Positions 34,965-44,435 of a stretch of 64,000 nt of DNA are shown here, in pieces; position 1 is the stretch's first letter; each line of letters starts with the position of its first letter. Position numbers and translations under genes: made by a program. The stretch spans positions 2,279 to 66,278 of the forward strand of contig JAZQIW010000032.1 of the NCBI GenBank assembly GCA_045541355.1, given 5' to 3'. The notes under the pieces are model-generated. The model saw only the letters and a list, made by a program, of their open reading frames with translations. It ran no database searches and was not told the origin of the DNA. The stretch is from Eubacteriales bacterium. GTDB lineage: Bacteria; Bacillota; Clostridia; Oscillospirales; CAG-382.

Positions 34965-35485
34965 TATCGGATTTCCTCCGCATCTGTGAAAATACCCGGG
35001 ATGGGAACAACCTTAATATATCCTTCAAGGTTGATTTCCTTAACTATGCCTTCAACCGCCGGGAGCATATATTCGTTTTTGCCGTCTGTAATTACATAAA
35101 TGTCAGATGCACCGTAGTTAATAACATCCTTTATTTTTCCGTATACAGTGCCGCTGTCAAAGTCTATTACCTCAAGTCCGATAAGGTCAGCTATAAAGTT
35201 TTTACCCTCATCCACATCAACATCCTCACGTTTAACATAGAGAATGGAACCTCGCACAGCATCAGCCTCTTCTGCACTTTTAACATCATCAAGCTTTATA
35301 TAAAGAAAACCCTTGTAATTCTTGATTGATATAACTCTGTGAGCTTTTTCCCCTTTTTTGTCGGAGTACAGATACTCAGCTCTTTTTATTGACTCAGGGC
35401 TGTCGCAGTAGCAGTCAACCTTGAGTTCACCGCAAATGCCTCTTTTATTGATTATTTTTCCGCATTCAAGATATTCGTTTTTCAT
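34964..35485 (-). CDS. rimM: 16S rRNA processing protein RimM
   Basis: 173 aa with an RimM N-terminal domain and a PRC barrel. The TAATG junction overlaps the trmD start. Confidence 0.9.
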   Translation of the reverse strand: MKNEYLECGKIINKRGICGELKVDCYCDSPESIKRAEYLYSDKKGEKAHRVISIKNYKGFLYIKLDDVKSAEEADAVRGSILYVKREDVDVDEGKNFIADLIGLEVIDFDSGTVYGKIKDVINYGASDIYVITDGKNEYMLPAVEGIVKEINLEGYIKVVPIPGIFTDAEEIR

Positions 35486-35561
35486 GTATTCTAAAACGCT
35501 CCAAAACTATATATTTATATAATCATAACCCAATGCAATAAATATTTATAGTAGATATTTG

Positions 35562-36662
35562 TTAATTTTTGATTTGGCGTACATATATATTTGTATCCCA
35601 TGCAGGAAGATATCTGAAATGTCTGATGAACATCTCACACTCACCGTAAAGCTCTTTAAGATACAACGGAATATCAAACAAATCCTCGTTTCTGTGATAA
35701 ACGGCACATGAAATTGTCGGCTTGTACCTTCTAATGGTATTCGCTAATCCGGTAAGTACATTTTTATCAGAGCCTTCTGCATCAATATTTATAAAATCCG
35801 CAGGAACATCAATGTAACGGTCGGCTGCATCTGCTGAAAGTTCAATTGCTTTTACGTTCTTGTGACTTGTCGATTTTGCGCTGTTTCTGCCGGAACGAGA
35901 ATAAAATGTAAGTGCCTCTTTTTTGTCCCATGCTGCAATATTGTGAAAATGCTCGGCAGAAATACCGTTTTCCTCGGCGTACGTACAAAGCTTTCGGAAA
36001 TTTTTGATGTCAGGCTCAAACGCTGTAATTCGTGAGCATGGGCCTGCGTATGAAAGATATTCTCTTATAGTGTCGCCGTTGTAAGCCCCGATATCAACAT
36101 AATGGGAATGGGGGAGTGGCTTAATAATATTGTCATATGCCTCGGATACGGTTGTTTCAGCATCAAAGAGATAATTAATTTCACCCGACATTTTGCCGAG
36201 AATAAGCTTTATATAATTTTCCCTTGAAGTTTTGTCTGACAACAAGGAATAGACTTTTTCAAAATTAGAGTAGTTTTCATTTACAAAGCTTTTATCAAAT
36301 AAACCGCTTCCAAAAACAGGTACATCAGGACAGTAGAGCTGTTGCTCCTTTGAAATTCTGATTATATTTCCAAGAACTTCCTCGAGACTTGTGGCAAAAG
36401 AAAGCAGAACAATAAAATCTTTGAACTTCTCTTTTGCTTCGGAATATGTGCAAACCTCAAAATTTCGGAAAACCTTCTTTTTTGCAAAACCGTCGCTGGC
36501 AAAAACTCCGTAAACTTTGATGCTCTTTTGCTCGCAAACATCAAGAATTTTGTCAGCGCCGTCTCCCATACCGTAAAGCAATATAGGCTTGTCGGCTGTC
36601 TTTAGCGTCTGCCATAAATCATTTTTTTCAAGTATTGATTCTATCATAAAATTATTCTCCAT
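35562..36662 (-). CDS. FkbM-family SAM-dependent methyltransferase with extra N-terminal domain
   Basis: YVDIGAYNGDTIREYL and ITAFEPDIKNFRKL motifs. The start is probably the second ATG at 36647, which has a GGAGA RBS. Confidence 0.7.
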   Translation of the reverse strand: MENNFMIESILEKNDLWQTLKTADKPILLYGMGDGADKILDVCEQKSIKVYGVFASDGFAKKKVFRNFEVCTYSEAKEKFKDFIVLLSFATSLEEVLGNIIRISKEQQLYCPDVPVFGSGLFDKSFVNENYSNFEKVYSLLSDKTSRENYIKLILGKMSGEINYLFDAETTVSEAYDNIIKPLPHSHYVDIGAYNGDTIREYLSYAGPCSRITAFEPDIKNFRKLCTYAEENGISAEHFHNIAAWDKKEALTFYSRSGRNSAKSTSHKNVKAIELSADAADRYIDVPADFINIDAEGSDKNVLTGLANTIRRYKPTISCAVYHRNEDLFDIPLYLKELYGECEMFIRHFRYLPAWDTNIYVRQIKN

Positions 36663-36753
36663 ATGTGTTAATTCTATTTTACTACTTTTTCCTGAAAATG
36701 TAAAGTGTTGAATAACAATTCAAACTTTGAAAAGAATATAATGGGGTGATTTT

Positions 36754-37122
36754 GTGGCTGATTACTATTTCTATATGTTGATTTTTCCGATTTTTTTTGT
36801 GCCAATCATGAGTTTATATGGCTTTTTTAAGCGGAATACCGCTGTAATGGTTGTTTTTTCTTTTTTTATATCAGCTGTTACTCAAATTCTGTTTGATGAC
36901 AGCATTTATTCTTTGATAGCATTGTTTGTAACCTTAATACTAAGTTTTGTAATAAATCTTTTAGAGGAAAAAATGCGTTTTCGCGGTAAGTCGTGTGAAT
37001 ATATAATTATTTATGCTGATGACACAAACAGAAGTGTTGTGCTGTGGAATAACAGTGCTGTGATTTGTGTTGAAACCGAGAATTTTCAAAAACTGTCTGT
37101 CGGAAATATAGTTAAGTTTTGA
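36754..37122 (+). CDS. Hypothetical small membrane protein (3 TM plus a short soluble tail)
   Basis: GTG start with a GGGGTGA RBS. The N-terminal ~75 aa are strongly hydrophobic. Confidence 0.45.
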   Translation: MADYYFYMLIFPIFFVPIMSLYGFFKRNTAVMVVFSFFISAVTQILFDDSIYSLIALFVTLILSFVINLLEEKMRFRGKSCEYIIIYADDTNRSVVLWNNSAVICVETENFQKLSVGNIVKF

Positions 37123-37220
37123 TGTGAATTATTTTAATAATATATTTATATTATTAGTTAGAATTTTTATAATTCGTGTGTTAAAATATTATCTAAGAAT
37201 GCACGAATGGGTGACAAGTT

Positions 37221-37745
37221 ATGATAGAAACATTTATTCTCTTTGTTTTTTATGTGTGTGTTTCGGGTCTTACTTCAAATATTTTCGGTGTCTTGTATCC
37301 CCGTCGTTATATAAAGACTGATTCTTTCCCATTTAACAGCTTCAGGTGGGAGAACAACGGGCGTATATACGAGAAGATTTATGTCACTAAATGGAAAAAG
37401 AAGGTTCCGGATCTTAGTAAACACCTTAAATTGCTGTATCCAAAGGTTCTGAATACACATCCAACTTCGAAACAAATTGACAGATTGATAAGAGAGTCCT
37501 GCGTGGCTGAAGCTGTCCATCTACTCCTCATTCTGTTATGTCCTCTTATTACCTGTTACATTAAGGGAGTTGCAGGAAAGGTTTATATGATTCTCTATGC
37601 TCTCGGTAATGTGCCGTACATTATTATTCAACGTTATAACCGTCCTAAATTTAAATCTTTGTATTCTTCTTTACTTGTAAGAGAGAACAATGTTTGTGAT
37701 TCTTTGGAGGCGAATGTAAATGAAAATATTGGTGCTTTCGTGTAA
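37221..37745 (+). CDS. Membrane acyltransferase of the glycosyl-4,4'-diaponeurosporenoate acyltransferase (CrtO-like) family
   Basis: ~170 aa. The segment FNSFRWENNGRIYEKIYVTKWKKKVPD and the C-terminal GNVPYIIIQRYNRPKF match the CrtO-family signature as I recall it (ANVPIIIVQRYNRPRL in S. aureus CrtO). Confidence 0.6.
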   Translation: MIETFILFVFYVCVSGLTSNIFGVLYPRRYIKTDSFPFNSFRWENNGRIYEKIYVTKWKKKVPDLSKHLKLLYPKVLNTHPTSKQIDRLIRESCVAEAVHLLLILLCPLITCYIKGVAGKVYMILYALGNVPYIIIQRYNRPKFKSLYSSLLVRENNVCDSLEANVNENIGAFV

Positions 37746-38868
37746 TACAGGCCAGGGACACAATTCGGCCGCTAAAGCTGTTCAGGAAAAATTTATCTCT
37801 CTCGGACACGAATGTGTTGTTAAAGATGCTCTGAAGTATGCTTCAAAAATTGTCTCTGACGGTGTTAGTGAATCTTACAACAAAATAGTAATGCATACCC
37901 CTAAAGCCTTTGGCGTAGGTTATAGATTCAGTAAATCAATGACCTATAATGAGGGTGAGCTTAAATCTCCGGTATATGCCATGAATATGGCTTATTCAAA
38001 GCGTATTTGCAGTGATATTCTGGAAGAAGGGTATGATGCGGTAGTCTGCTGTCATGTATTTCCTGCACAGGCAGTAACTCATGCAAAGCATAAGCATGGT
38101 CTTGATATACCGATTTATGTCGTTGCAACCGACTATTCCTTCAGCCCGTTTTATGATGAGCTTGATGTCGATAAGTTCTTTATTTCGATGAAGGAAGTAA
38201 AACACGAGTATGTTGACAGAGGAATACCTGAAGAAAAGATAGTGCCGACAGGCATTCCCGTGTCGCAAAGGTTTACTGACAGAATGGCAAAAGACGAGGC
38301 AAGAGCATTACTCGGCCTTGTCAATGACAGATTTCTGTGTGTTATTATGTCGGGCAGTATGGGCTTTGGTAATATCTATAAGCTAATTGATAACATTTTG
38401 GAACGCCCTATTTCAGGCTATGATATTCTTGTCATATGCGGAAATAACACAAAGCTTATGAACGGTATTAATGAAAAATACTGCCGTTACAGCAATATAG
38501 CCGCAATCGGATATACAACCGATGTGCACCTGTACATGAAGGCGTGTGACCTTGTTATTACAAAACCCGGTGGTCTTTCCTCAACAGAGGCTATGGTAAG
38601 TAATGTTCCTCTCGTTCTTACAAGTCCAATACCGGGTTGTGAAACAGAGAATTATGATTTACTTACACGTCTTGGTGCAGCTCTTCCGGGTAAAGACATC
38701 GAAAAGGCGGCTCTTGCTTTTGAAACTATTCTTTTTGATAAAACTGTCGGAACCTTGGTTGTTATGAATCAGGAAAAGTATATAAATAAAACGGGTGCCG
38801 CAGAAATATGCGAGTGTATTTTGAAAGGTTTTGAGAAAAAATATGAAGACAGCCGTACCGGATTATAG
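37720..38868 (+). CDS. Diacylglycerol glycosyltransferase (MGDG-synthase/UgtP-like, GT28)
   Basis: MKILVLSCNTGQGHNSAAKAV at the N-terminus and a C-terminal GT-B half (ITKPGGLSSTEAM). GGAGG RBS. The gene overlaps the upstream gene by 26 nt. Confidence 0.8.
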   Translation: MKILVLSCNTGQGHNSAAKAVQEKFISLGHECVVKDALKYASKIVSDGVSESYNKIVMHTPKAFGVGYRFSKSMTYNEGELKSPVYAMNMAYSKRICSDILEEGYDAVVCCHVFPAQAVTHAKHKHGLDIPIYVVATDYSFSPFYDELDVDKFFISMKEVKHEYVDRGIPEEKIVPTGIPVSQRFTDRMAKDEARALLGLVNDRFLCVIMSGSMGFGNIYKLIDNILERPISGYDILVICGNNTKLMNGINEKYCRYSNIAAIGYTTDVHLYMKACDLVITKPGGLSSTEAMVSNVPLVLTSPIPGCETENYDLLTRLGAALPGKDIEKAALAFETILFDKTVGTLVVMNQEKYINKTGAAEICECILKGFEKKYEDSRTGL

Positions 38869-39517
38869 GGAATTTTCAATATCAAAGCTTAATGAGCGTA
38901 TGTTCAGTCATGTAAAGCTATTGCTTTTCTGGCCGATATTCGGTATTCTGTTTTTATATTTTGAGCGTATACGAGTATGTGATTATCACGTAATTGAAAG
39001 TAGCCTTGATGCCTATATTCCGTTTGTTGCTGCTTTTATAATCCCATATTTTCTTTGGTTTGTGTATCTTATCGGATTCTTGGTTTATTCATTCTTTACA
39101 GATGTTCAGGCATTTAAAAGATGCATGTGGTTTATAATTATTACATATTCGGTTACGTCAATTGTGTACTTTGTTTATCCTACAAGTCAGCAACTGAGAC
39201 CGGTCATAAATGATACAGGAATCTTTACCTCGCTTGTAAGTGGACTTTACAGCTTTGATACAAACACAAATGTTTGTCCCTCCATCCATGTTCTCGGCTC
39301 CATGGCTGTTTGTTTTACCGTATTTAAGTGCAGGGCGCTGCAAAAAAAATGGCTGTTGACGTTAAATGTTGTTTGTGCAATACTTATTTCTTTTTCAACC
39401 GTCTTTCTCAAGCAGCATTCTATTATAGATGTATTTTACGGTTTTGTACTTAGTTTTGCAGCATATCCGCTTTCTATTGGAAATACTAAAATTACCCGAT
39501 ATTTAATCGGTGAATAA
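38843..39517 (+). CDS. PAP2-superfamily membrane phosphatase/phosphotransferase
   Basis: Multi-TM protein with CPSIHVLGS (C2 motif) and QHSIIDVFYG (C3 motif). The start is ATG 38843 or TTG 38831, and either overlaps the glycosyltransferase 3' end. Confidence 0.65.
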   Translation: MKTAVPDYREFSISKLNERMFSHVKLLLFWPIFGILFLYFERIRVCDYHVIESSLDAYIPFVAAFIIPYFLWFVYLIGFLVYSFFTDVQAFKRCMWFIIITYSVTSIVYFVYPTSQQLRPVINDTGIFTSLVSGLYSFDTNTNVCPSIHVLGSMAVCFTVFKCRALQKKWLLTLNVVCAILISFSTVFLKQHSIIDVFYGFVLSFAAYPLSIGNTKITRYLIGE

Positions 39518-39543
39518 TAATTACTTTTGAAAGGAATTACATA

Positions 39544-40290
39544 ATGAATAACAGAGTATTAGCAAAAGTTGGAAATCTTTCAATCATGGAAAGTGAAGTC
39601 AATGAAATGGTTGCTTCACTCCGAAGCAGGGGACAGAATTATGATCATCCTCAGGGAAGAGCAGCAATTTTAGAGCAGCTTATCGCAAATAAGCTTCTTC
39701 TCATTGAAGCGCAGAAGAACCTTTATGAGCATAACGCTGCATTTAAAGCTCAGCTTGAAAAGGTGAAGGAGGATATGCTTATTAACTTTGCCGCTTCAAA
39801 GGTGCTTGATGAGGTTAAGGATGCTACCGAAGAAGAAGTTAAAAAGTATTTTGATGATAATAAGGATAAGTTCCAAAAGGGCGAATCTGTAAATGCTTCT
39901 CATATTCTTGTTGACAGCGAAGAAAAAGCGAATGAAATTCTCGCAAAGATAAATGCAGGTGAAGTATCCTTTGAGGATGCCGCTCGTGAAAACAGCACTT
40001 GTCCCTCTAAGGATAACGGAGGAAATCTCGGTGAGTTTACCAAGGGTCAGATGGTTCCCGAATTTGATGAAGCAGTATTTTCAATGGAAGTCGGTACTGT
40101 ATCCGCACCCGTAAAGACCCAGTTCGGATATCACCTTATTAAGCTCATTTCAAAGCAGGAAGCTTCTGCTTATGAATTTGAAGAAATTAAAGCCCAGCTT
40201 ACTGATATGGTAAATCAGGAAAAGAAGCAGTCCGCTTTCCAAAGTAAAATCAATCAGCTTAAGATTCTTTATCCTGTTGATAAGTTTTAA
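39544..40290 (+). CDS. PpiC/parvulin-type peptidyl-prolyl isomerase (PrsA/SurA-like)
   Basis: NASHILV, PEFDEAVF and FGYHLIKL parvulin motifs after a SurA-N-like helical region. Confidence 0.85.
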   Translation: MNNRVLAKVGNLSIMESEVNEMVASLRSRGQNYDHPQGRAAILEQLIANKLLLIEAQKNLYEHNAAFKAQLEKVKEDMLINFAASKVLDEVKDATEEEVKKYFDDNKDKFQKGESVNASHILVDSEEKANEILAKINAGEVSFEDAARENSTCPSKDNGGNLGEFTKGQMVPEFDEAVFSMEVGTVSAPVKTQFGYHLIKLISKQEASAYEFEEIKAQLTDMVNQEKKQSAFQSKINQLKILYPVDKF

Positions 40291-40295
40291 TTTTA

Positions 40296-40325
40296 AACCC
40301 TCGCCATGCCGAGGGTTATTTTTTT
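40296..40325 (+). terminator. Rho-independent terminator
   Basis: AACCCTCG-CCATGC-CGAGGGTT followed by ATTTTTTT. Confidence 0.85.
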
Positions 40326-40368
40326 CAAAAAAATAAATGAAAATTCATAAAATTACAGCTTATTTCTA

Positions 40369-40397
40369 TTGCGATTCACAAAAAAAAGTGATATAAT
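40369..40397 (+). promoter_or_regulatory. Sigma-A type promoter of ddh
   Basis: TTGCGA, a 17-nt spacer, then TATAAT preceded by TGA (extended -10). Confidence 0.7.
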
Positions 40398-40426
40398 TCA
40401 TACAGCAAATTTAAGGAGGCATCTAT

Positions 40427-41413
40427 ATGAGCATAAAAATAGGCATATACGGCTACGGTAACTTAGGCAGGGGTGTTGAGTCGGCTGTTAAGCAAAACCC
40501 CGACATGGAGCTTGTAGCGGTCTTTACGAGAAGAAATCCTGCAGAAGTTAAGATTAATACATCTACTGCACAGGTTTGCCATATAGATGATGCAAAGAAT
40601 ATGAAGGATTTAATTGATGTAATGATTCTTTGCGGAGGAAGTGCAACGGATCTTCCCGAGCAGACACCTGAAATTGCATCAATGTTTAACTGCATTGACT
40701 CCTTTGACACTCATGCAAAAATTCCCGAGCATTTTGCCGAGGTTGATAAAGCCGCAAAAGAATCGGGTAAGGTGGCGGTTATTTCATGCGGATGGGACCC
40801 CGGTATGTTTTCTCTGAATAGACTTTACGGTTCATGTATTCTTCCCGATGGTGAGGATTATACCTTTTGGGGGAAGGGCGTAAGTCAGGGACATTCTGAT
40901 GCCATAAGACGAATTGATGGGGTAGTGGATGCAAGACAGTATACAATACCTGTTGAGGAGGCATTGGATGCCGTAAGAAGCGGAAATGCACCAAAGCTTT
41001 CAACGAGACAGAAGCACACGAGAGAATGCTTTGTAGTAGCAGAGGACGGAGCAGATAAAGACAGAATTGAAAAAGAAATTGTTAATATGCCCAATTACTT
41101 TGCAGACTATGATACTACCGTTCATTTTATCACAAAGGAAGAGCTTGACAGAGATCATAAAAATCTTCCTCATGGCGGTTTTGTCATCAGAAGCGGCAGA
41201 ACCGGAGCTAACGGCTGCAATAAGCATGTAATAGAATACAGCTTAAAGCTTGATTCCAACCCTGAGTTTACATCATCCGTTCTTATTTGTTATGCGAGAG
41301 CTGCTTACAGAATGAATAAAGAGGGAATGTGCGGCTGTAAGACTGTTTTTGATGTTGCGCCTGCATATTTGTCTCAGAAATCTCCCGAAGAACTCAGGAA
41401 AACAATGTTATAA
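40427..41413 (+). CDS. ddh: meso-Diaminopimelate D-dehydrogenase
   Basis: The N-terminus IKIGIYGYGNLGRGVESAVKQNPDMELVAVFTRR closely resembles the Corynebacterium Ddh N-terminus. The protein is 328 aa. Confidence 0.85.
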   Translation: MSIKIGIYGYGNLGRGVESAVKQNPDMELVAVFTRRNPAEVKINTSTAQVCHIDDAKNMKDLIDVMILCGGSATDLPEQTPEIASMFNCIDSFDTHAKIPEHFAEVDKAAKESGKVAVISCGWDPGMFSLNRLYGSCILPDGEDYTFWGKGVSQGHSDAIRRIDGVVDARQYTIPVEEALDAVRSGNAPKLSTRQKHTRECFVVAEDGADKDRIEKEIVNMPNYFADYDTTVHFITKEELDRDHKNLPHGGFVIRSGRTGANGCNKHVIEYSLKLDSNPEFTSSVLICYARAAYRMNKEGMCGCKTVFDVAPAYLSQKSPEELRKTML

Positions 41414-41417
41414 TAAA

Positions 41418-41450
41418 AGAGTGGCAGATTTACTGCCACTCTTTTTTTTT
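41418..41450. terminator. Terminator shared by convergent ddh and the 981-aa gene
   Basis: AGAGTGGCAG-ATTTA-CTGCCACTCT followed by T9 on the plus strand. Confidence 0.85.
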
Positions 41451-44394
41451 ATTTTAAGAACAAACCAATTTCAGAGAAGGAATAGGTGTTGTCATCCCAA
41501 GACTTTTGAATATCGTAATTTGACCATATACGCGAGCTTTTGAAGAACGAATGTGGTGCTACAAATTTCTTGTTTTCTCCAAGATGGTGAGGACCCAACA
41601 TATTTCTGAACGAGGTTGTAAATTCGACCTCGATAGTGTTTTCTCCTTCAACAAGAAGCGATGAAAGATCAACAGTATAGGGTGCCCAGTACATTGGTTT
41701 TGTTTTATTGCCGTTAACACGAATCTTTGTTACGACTGCACAAAGCTTTAAAAACTCCAAACATCTGTTATAAATCTCATCCTGCGTAAGCGTAAAGCTC
41801 TTTTTTAGAGTCATGCTGCCACAGAAAAACGGATATCCCTGCGGTGCAATATCTCCATCGCTTATATTAAATCGTTTTTTTGTTAAAGAAAAGCTTCCGC
41901 TTGTTTTAATGCCGTTTGTGTCACATTTTTTGTAGTCTTCGGAACAGTTGACGCAAAACTCACCGATAAGGTATATAGATTCTATTTCCATATCATAATA
42001 CAGCTTGTTTTTGACAGATTCAAACTGTCCGCACTTGTCCAAAGTCTCGTATACCTCTTCTGACTGTACAAAATCGCACTCAAGAGTAATGATGTTGTAG
42101 CCTATGTCAAAGAGTCCCGTAACGTCAATAACCTTAAATGCTTTTTCTCTGTAATAGCCTGTTACTTCATTTTTTACCGGCTTTCCGTTGATGTAAATTC
42201 TGTAATTTTCAGGTCTTTCAATGACAAGGCTCAATTTGTCAACAGGACGTATGTCAAAATTGATGTCAAAATCCATGGCAATTTTTACTTTTCGCTTTAA
42301 GTCGCAAGCAAGCTGCTGTATCTCACTGACAAACACATTCTTCCGGCAAAGCTCGCCGTCAAAGTACAAATCGCATCTGTCTAAGGTGAAAACATTGTCA
42401 TCGCCTTTTACTATTTCCCATTCACCGTAAAGCTTATCGTTGATGGATATTTGTTTTTTGACATCTTCTGCGGCGGAGGAATACAAGCTGTCTTTTCTTA
42501 CGAAGTACACAACAGAGCCGCCTTTTTCAAAAATGTGATTTATTGTCAGCACACCGTCTTTTTCAATATAAGGTATGTTTGTAACTTCACCTGTCAGATA
42601 ATCAAATTTTGCAACAGATTTTCCGTGAAGCTGAATAATTGCATCGGTTTTATCCGAGAAGGTGTTTACGAGATAGTACATTTCAAAGTCGTCAAAAACT
42701 CTGTGTGCAAGCTGAATATCAACATTATTGAAAGCCTTGTCAGTAACACGGCACAGCATAGCTTTTTGAGGCAGATGAGTGAGTATTTCTTCGGGAGTCT
42801 TTACCGATATTTTGCATAAATCCTTTATGACATCGGTTGGTTCTCCGTCGATGTATGCAGGTGTTTCTCCCACAAAAATGAGCTTACCGCCGCTTTTTTC
42901 AAATTCGCAAAGCAGCTTGTAGGTGTTGCTGTCAAGCACGTCACAAGGAGGAACAATCACAACCGAGTATGACATTTTGCCTATATTTAATCTACCGTTG
43001 TCAACACCCGCATATTTAAGCATGATTCTGTCATCGCCGAGATGGTGGATTATTCTGTGTGCATCAAGTGTTTTCAGAACCTCGGATAAGCTATCCTGTA
43101 AGGCGTGAATTCTTTCGACAGAATCTTTTGCATTATGAATCCATGCGCTTGAAATCGGATGGAGAACAAGGCACTCGCAGCTTATATCACCTTCAGAAAG
43201 AAGCAATCCCATGCGCGATGCAAAATCATTAAAATCGTTATAATCATCCCACCAGGGGTTCTGATAGAAATGACCGGCAGGATAGTCGCGTTTTCTTATA
43301 CCTTCAAGAGAATAGCCTGCAAGGTGCTGGCAGAGCAGGTTTACACCCTTTACCATCTGCCACTCGTACAGGTGCTTCATTTCCTCAAAGCTGACATCCC
43401 ATCCGCAGCAGGCAAAGCTCTCGGTAAGTATCTGCTTTTTACCAAGCTGTGCACATACTGAGCCTACCTGACTGTTTAACAGCCACCTGTCTTTTTCAAG
43501 ACCGAGCTTATCAACACCGGGAATATGAAAATACTCATAGTTGGGCATAACCGCACCGTTGCATTCAAGCTGAGAGTTCAGCGTTTCTTCACATACCATA
43601 TGACCTGTGAGTTTTACTCCGTTGTTTTCGCACCAGGTGTAAATCCTGCCCAAGAAATTTTCACTGAAAAGACGTGTCACAAGCTTCCAGAATCTGAAAC
43701 GAGTTTTTTTGCAGGTATCTGTTTCACAAAAAAGGTCATAGAGAAGGGGAAGGAGAGGTTCTCCGTATTCCTTGATGTACTCATCGTTTAAGATGAAAGA
43801 CCAAGGAATGCCATCTCTGGACATTTGCGGCTCATCAGTAAAGAAGCCGTCCATTTTTGCAAAATCCTCGCCAAGAGCACTTTTATACTTTTCATGTGTG
43901 GATTTGATAAATTCATCTGCAACCTTTGCGTCAAGTACATCTACATAGAAAGGGTTGATATCATAGTAGAAATGAGCAATTCTTCCGTCGTCGAGCTTGT
44001 TGTTGCAGATAGTTGCTTCATCAGATATTGCATCCTCGGTAATTTCCATACGAAGATATTTCTGCTGATATTCAACGCCGAGATTGGAAACTTTATCGGA
44101 ACCGAAACCGCTTGGCCAACCGTTTTCATCATATCCCCAGGCGTGCATATCGTGTTTGTCACCCTCATCAATTGCAGCTCTTACATTGTCCATCCAATCT
44201 TTTCCGAGATATTCGGTAGTAAGACCGCCTCGAGCGTGCATGAAGAAACCGCCCATGCCGACCTTGTTCATTTCATTTATCTGCCATCTTGTTTCATCTG
44301 TTTTAAGCTCCGAGTTCCAAGACCAAAAGGGAACGGGTCTGTATTTTGAAGGAGGATTTTTTAACTGTTTAATTATGTTATTCATAATGTTCAC
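41449..44394 (-). CDS. Large cytoplasmic glycoside-hydrolase-like protein (family not assigned)
   Basis: 981 aa with no signal peptide. The N-terminal KYRPVPFWSWN...GMGGFFMHARGGL...WGYDENGWPSGFG resembles a TIM-barrel glycosidase family that I recall only as generically annotated 'glycosyl hydrolase'. The C-terminal half is beta-sandwich-rich. Confidence 0.5.
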   Translation of the reverse strand: MNIMNNIIKQLKNPPSKYRPVPFWSWNSELKTDETRWQINEMNKVGMGGFFMHARGGLTTEYLGKDWMDNVRAAIDEGDKHDMHAWGYDENGWPSGFGSDKVSNLGVEYQQKYLRMEITEDAISDEATICNNKLDDGRIAHFYYDINPFYVDVLDAKVADEFIKSTHEKYKSALGEDFAKMDGFFTDEPQMSRDGIPWSFILNDEYIKEYGEPLLPLLYDLFCETDTCKKTRFRFWKLVTRLFSENFLGRIYTWCENNGVKLTGHMVCEETLNSQLECNGAVMPNYEYFHIPGVDKLGLEKDRWLLNSQVGSVCAQLGKKQILTESFACCGWDVSFEEMKHLYEWQMVKGVNLLCQHLAGYSLEGIRKRDYPAGHFYQNPWWDDYNDFNDFASRMGLLLSEGDISCECLVLHPISSAWIHNAKDSVERIHALQDSLSEVLKTLDAHRIIHHLGDDRIMLKYAGVDNGRLNIGKMSYSVVIVPPCDVLDSNTYKLLCEFEKSGGKLIFVGETPAYIDGEPTDVIKDLCKISVKTPEEILTHLPQKAMLCRVTDKAFNNVDIQLAHRVFDDFEMYYLVNTFSDKTDAIIQLHGKSVAKFDYLTGEVTNIPYIEKDGVLTINHIFEKGGSVVYFVRKDSLYSSAAEDVKKQISINDKLYGEWEIVKGDDNVFTLDRCDLYFDGELCRKNVFVSEIQQLACDLKRKVKIAMDFDINFDIRPVDKLSLVIERPENYRIYINGKPVKNEVTGYYREKAFKVIDVTGLFDIGYNIITLECDFVQSEEVYETLDKCGQFESVKNKLYYDMEIESIYLIGEFCVNCSEDYKKCDTNGIKTSGSFSLTKKRFNISDGDIAPQGYPFFCGSMTLKKSFTLTQDEIYNRCLEFLKLCAVVTKIRVNGNKTKPMYWAPYTVDLSSLLVEGENTIEVEFTTSFRNMLGPHHLGENKKFVAPHSFFKSSRIWSNYDIQKSWDDNTYSFSEIGLFLK

Positions 44395-44435
44395 CTTAAT
44401 ACTGGAAAAAGCCTCTTAAAAGAGGCTTTTAAAAT

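Noticed and set aside
15945-36770. Shared start sequence GTGGCTGATTA(T/C)TAT at relA (15945) and the small membrane ORF (36754)
   Set aside because: It is only a 15-nt match encoding V-A-D-Y-Y, with no extended similarity on either side. It is most likely coincidence.
37124-37321. 65-aa ORF between the small membrane protein and the CrtO-like gene
   Set aside because: It overlaps the start of the better-supported 37221 ORF in another frame. It has no RBS and an Ile/Phe/Tyr-rich composition.
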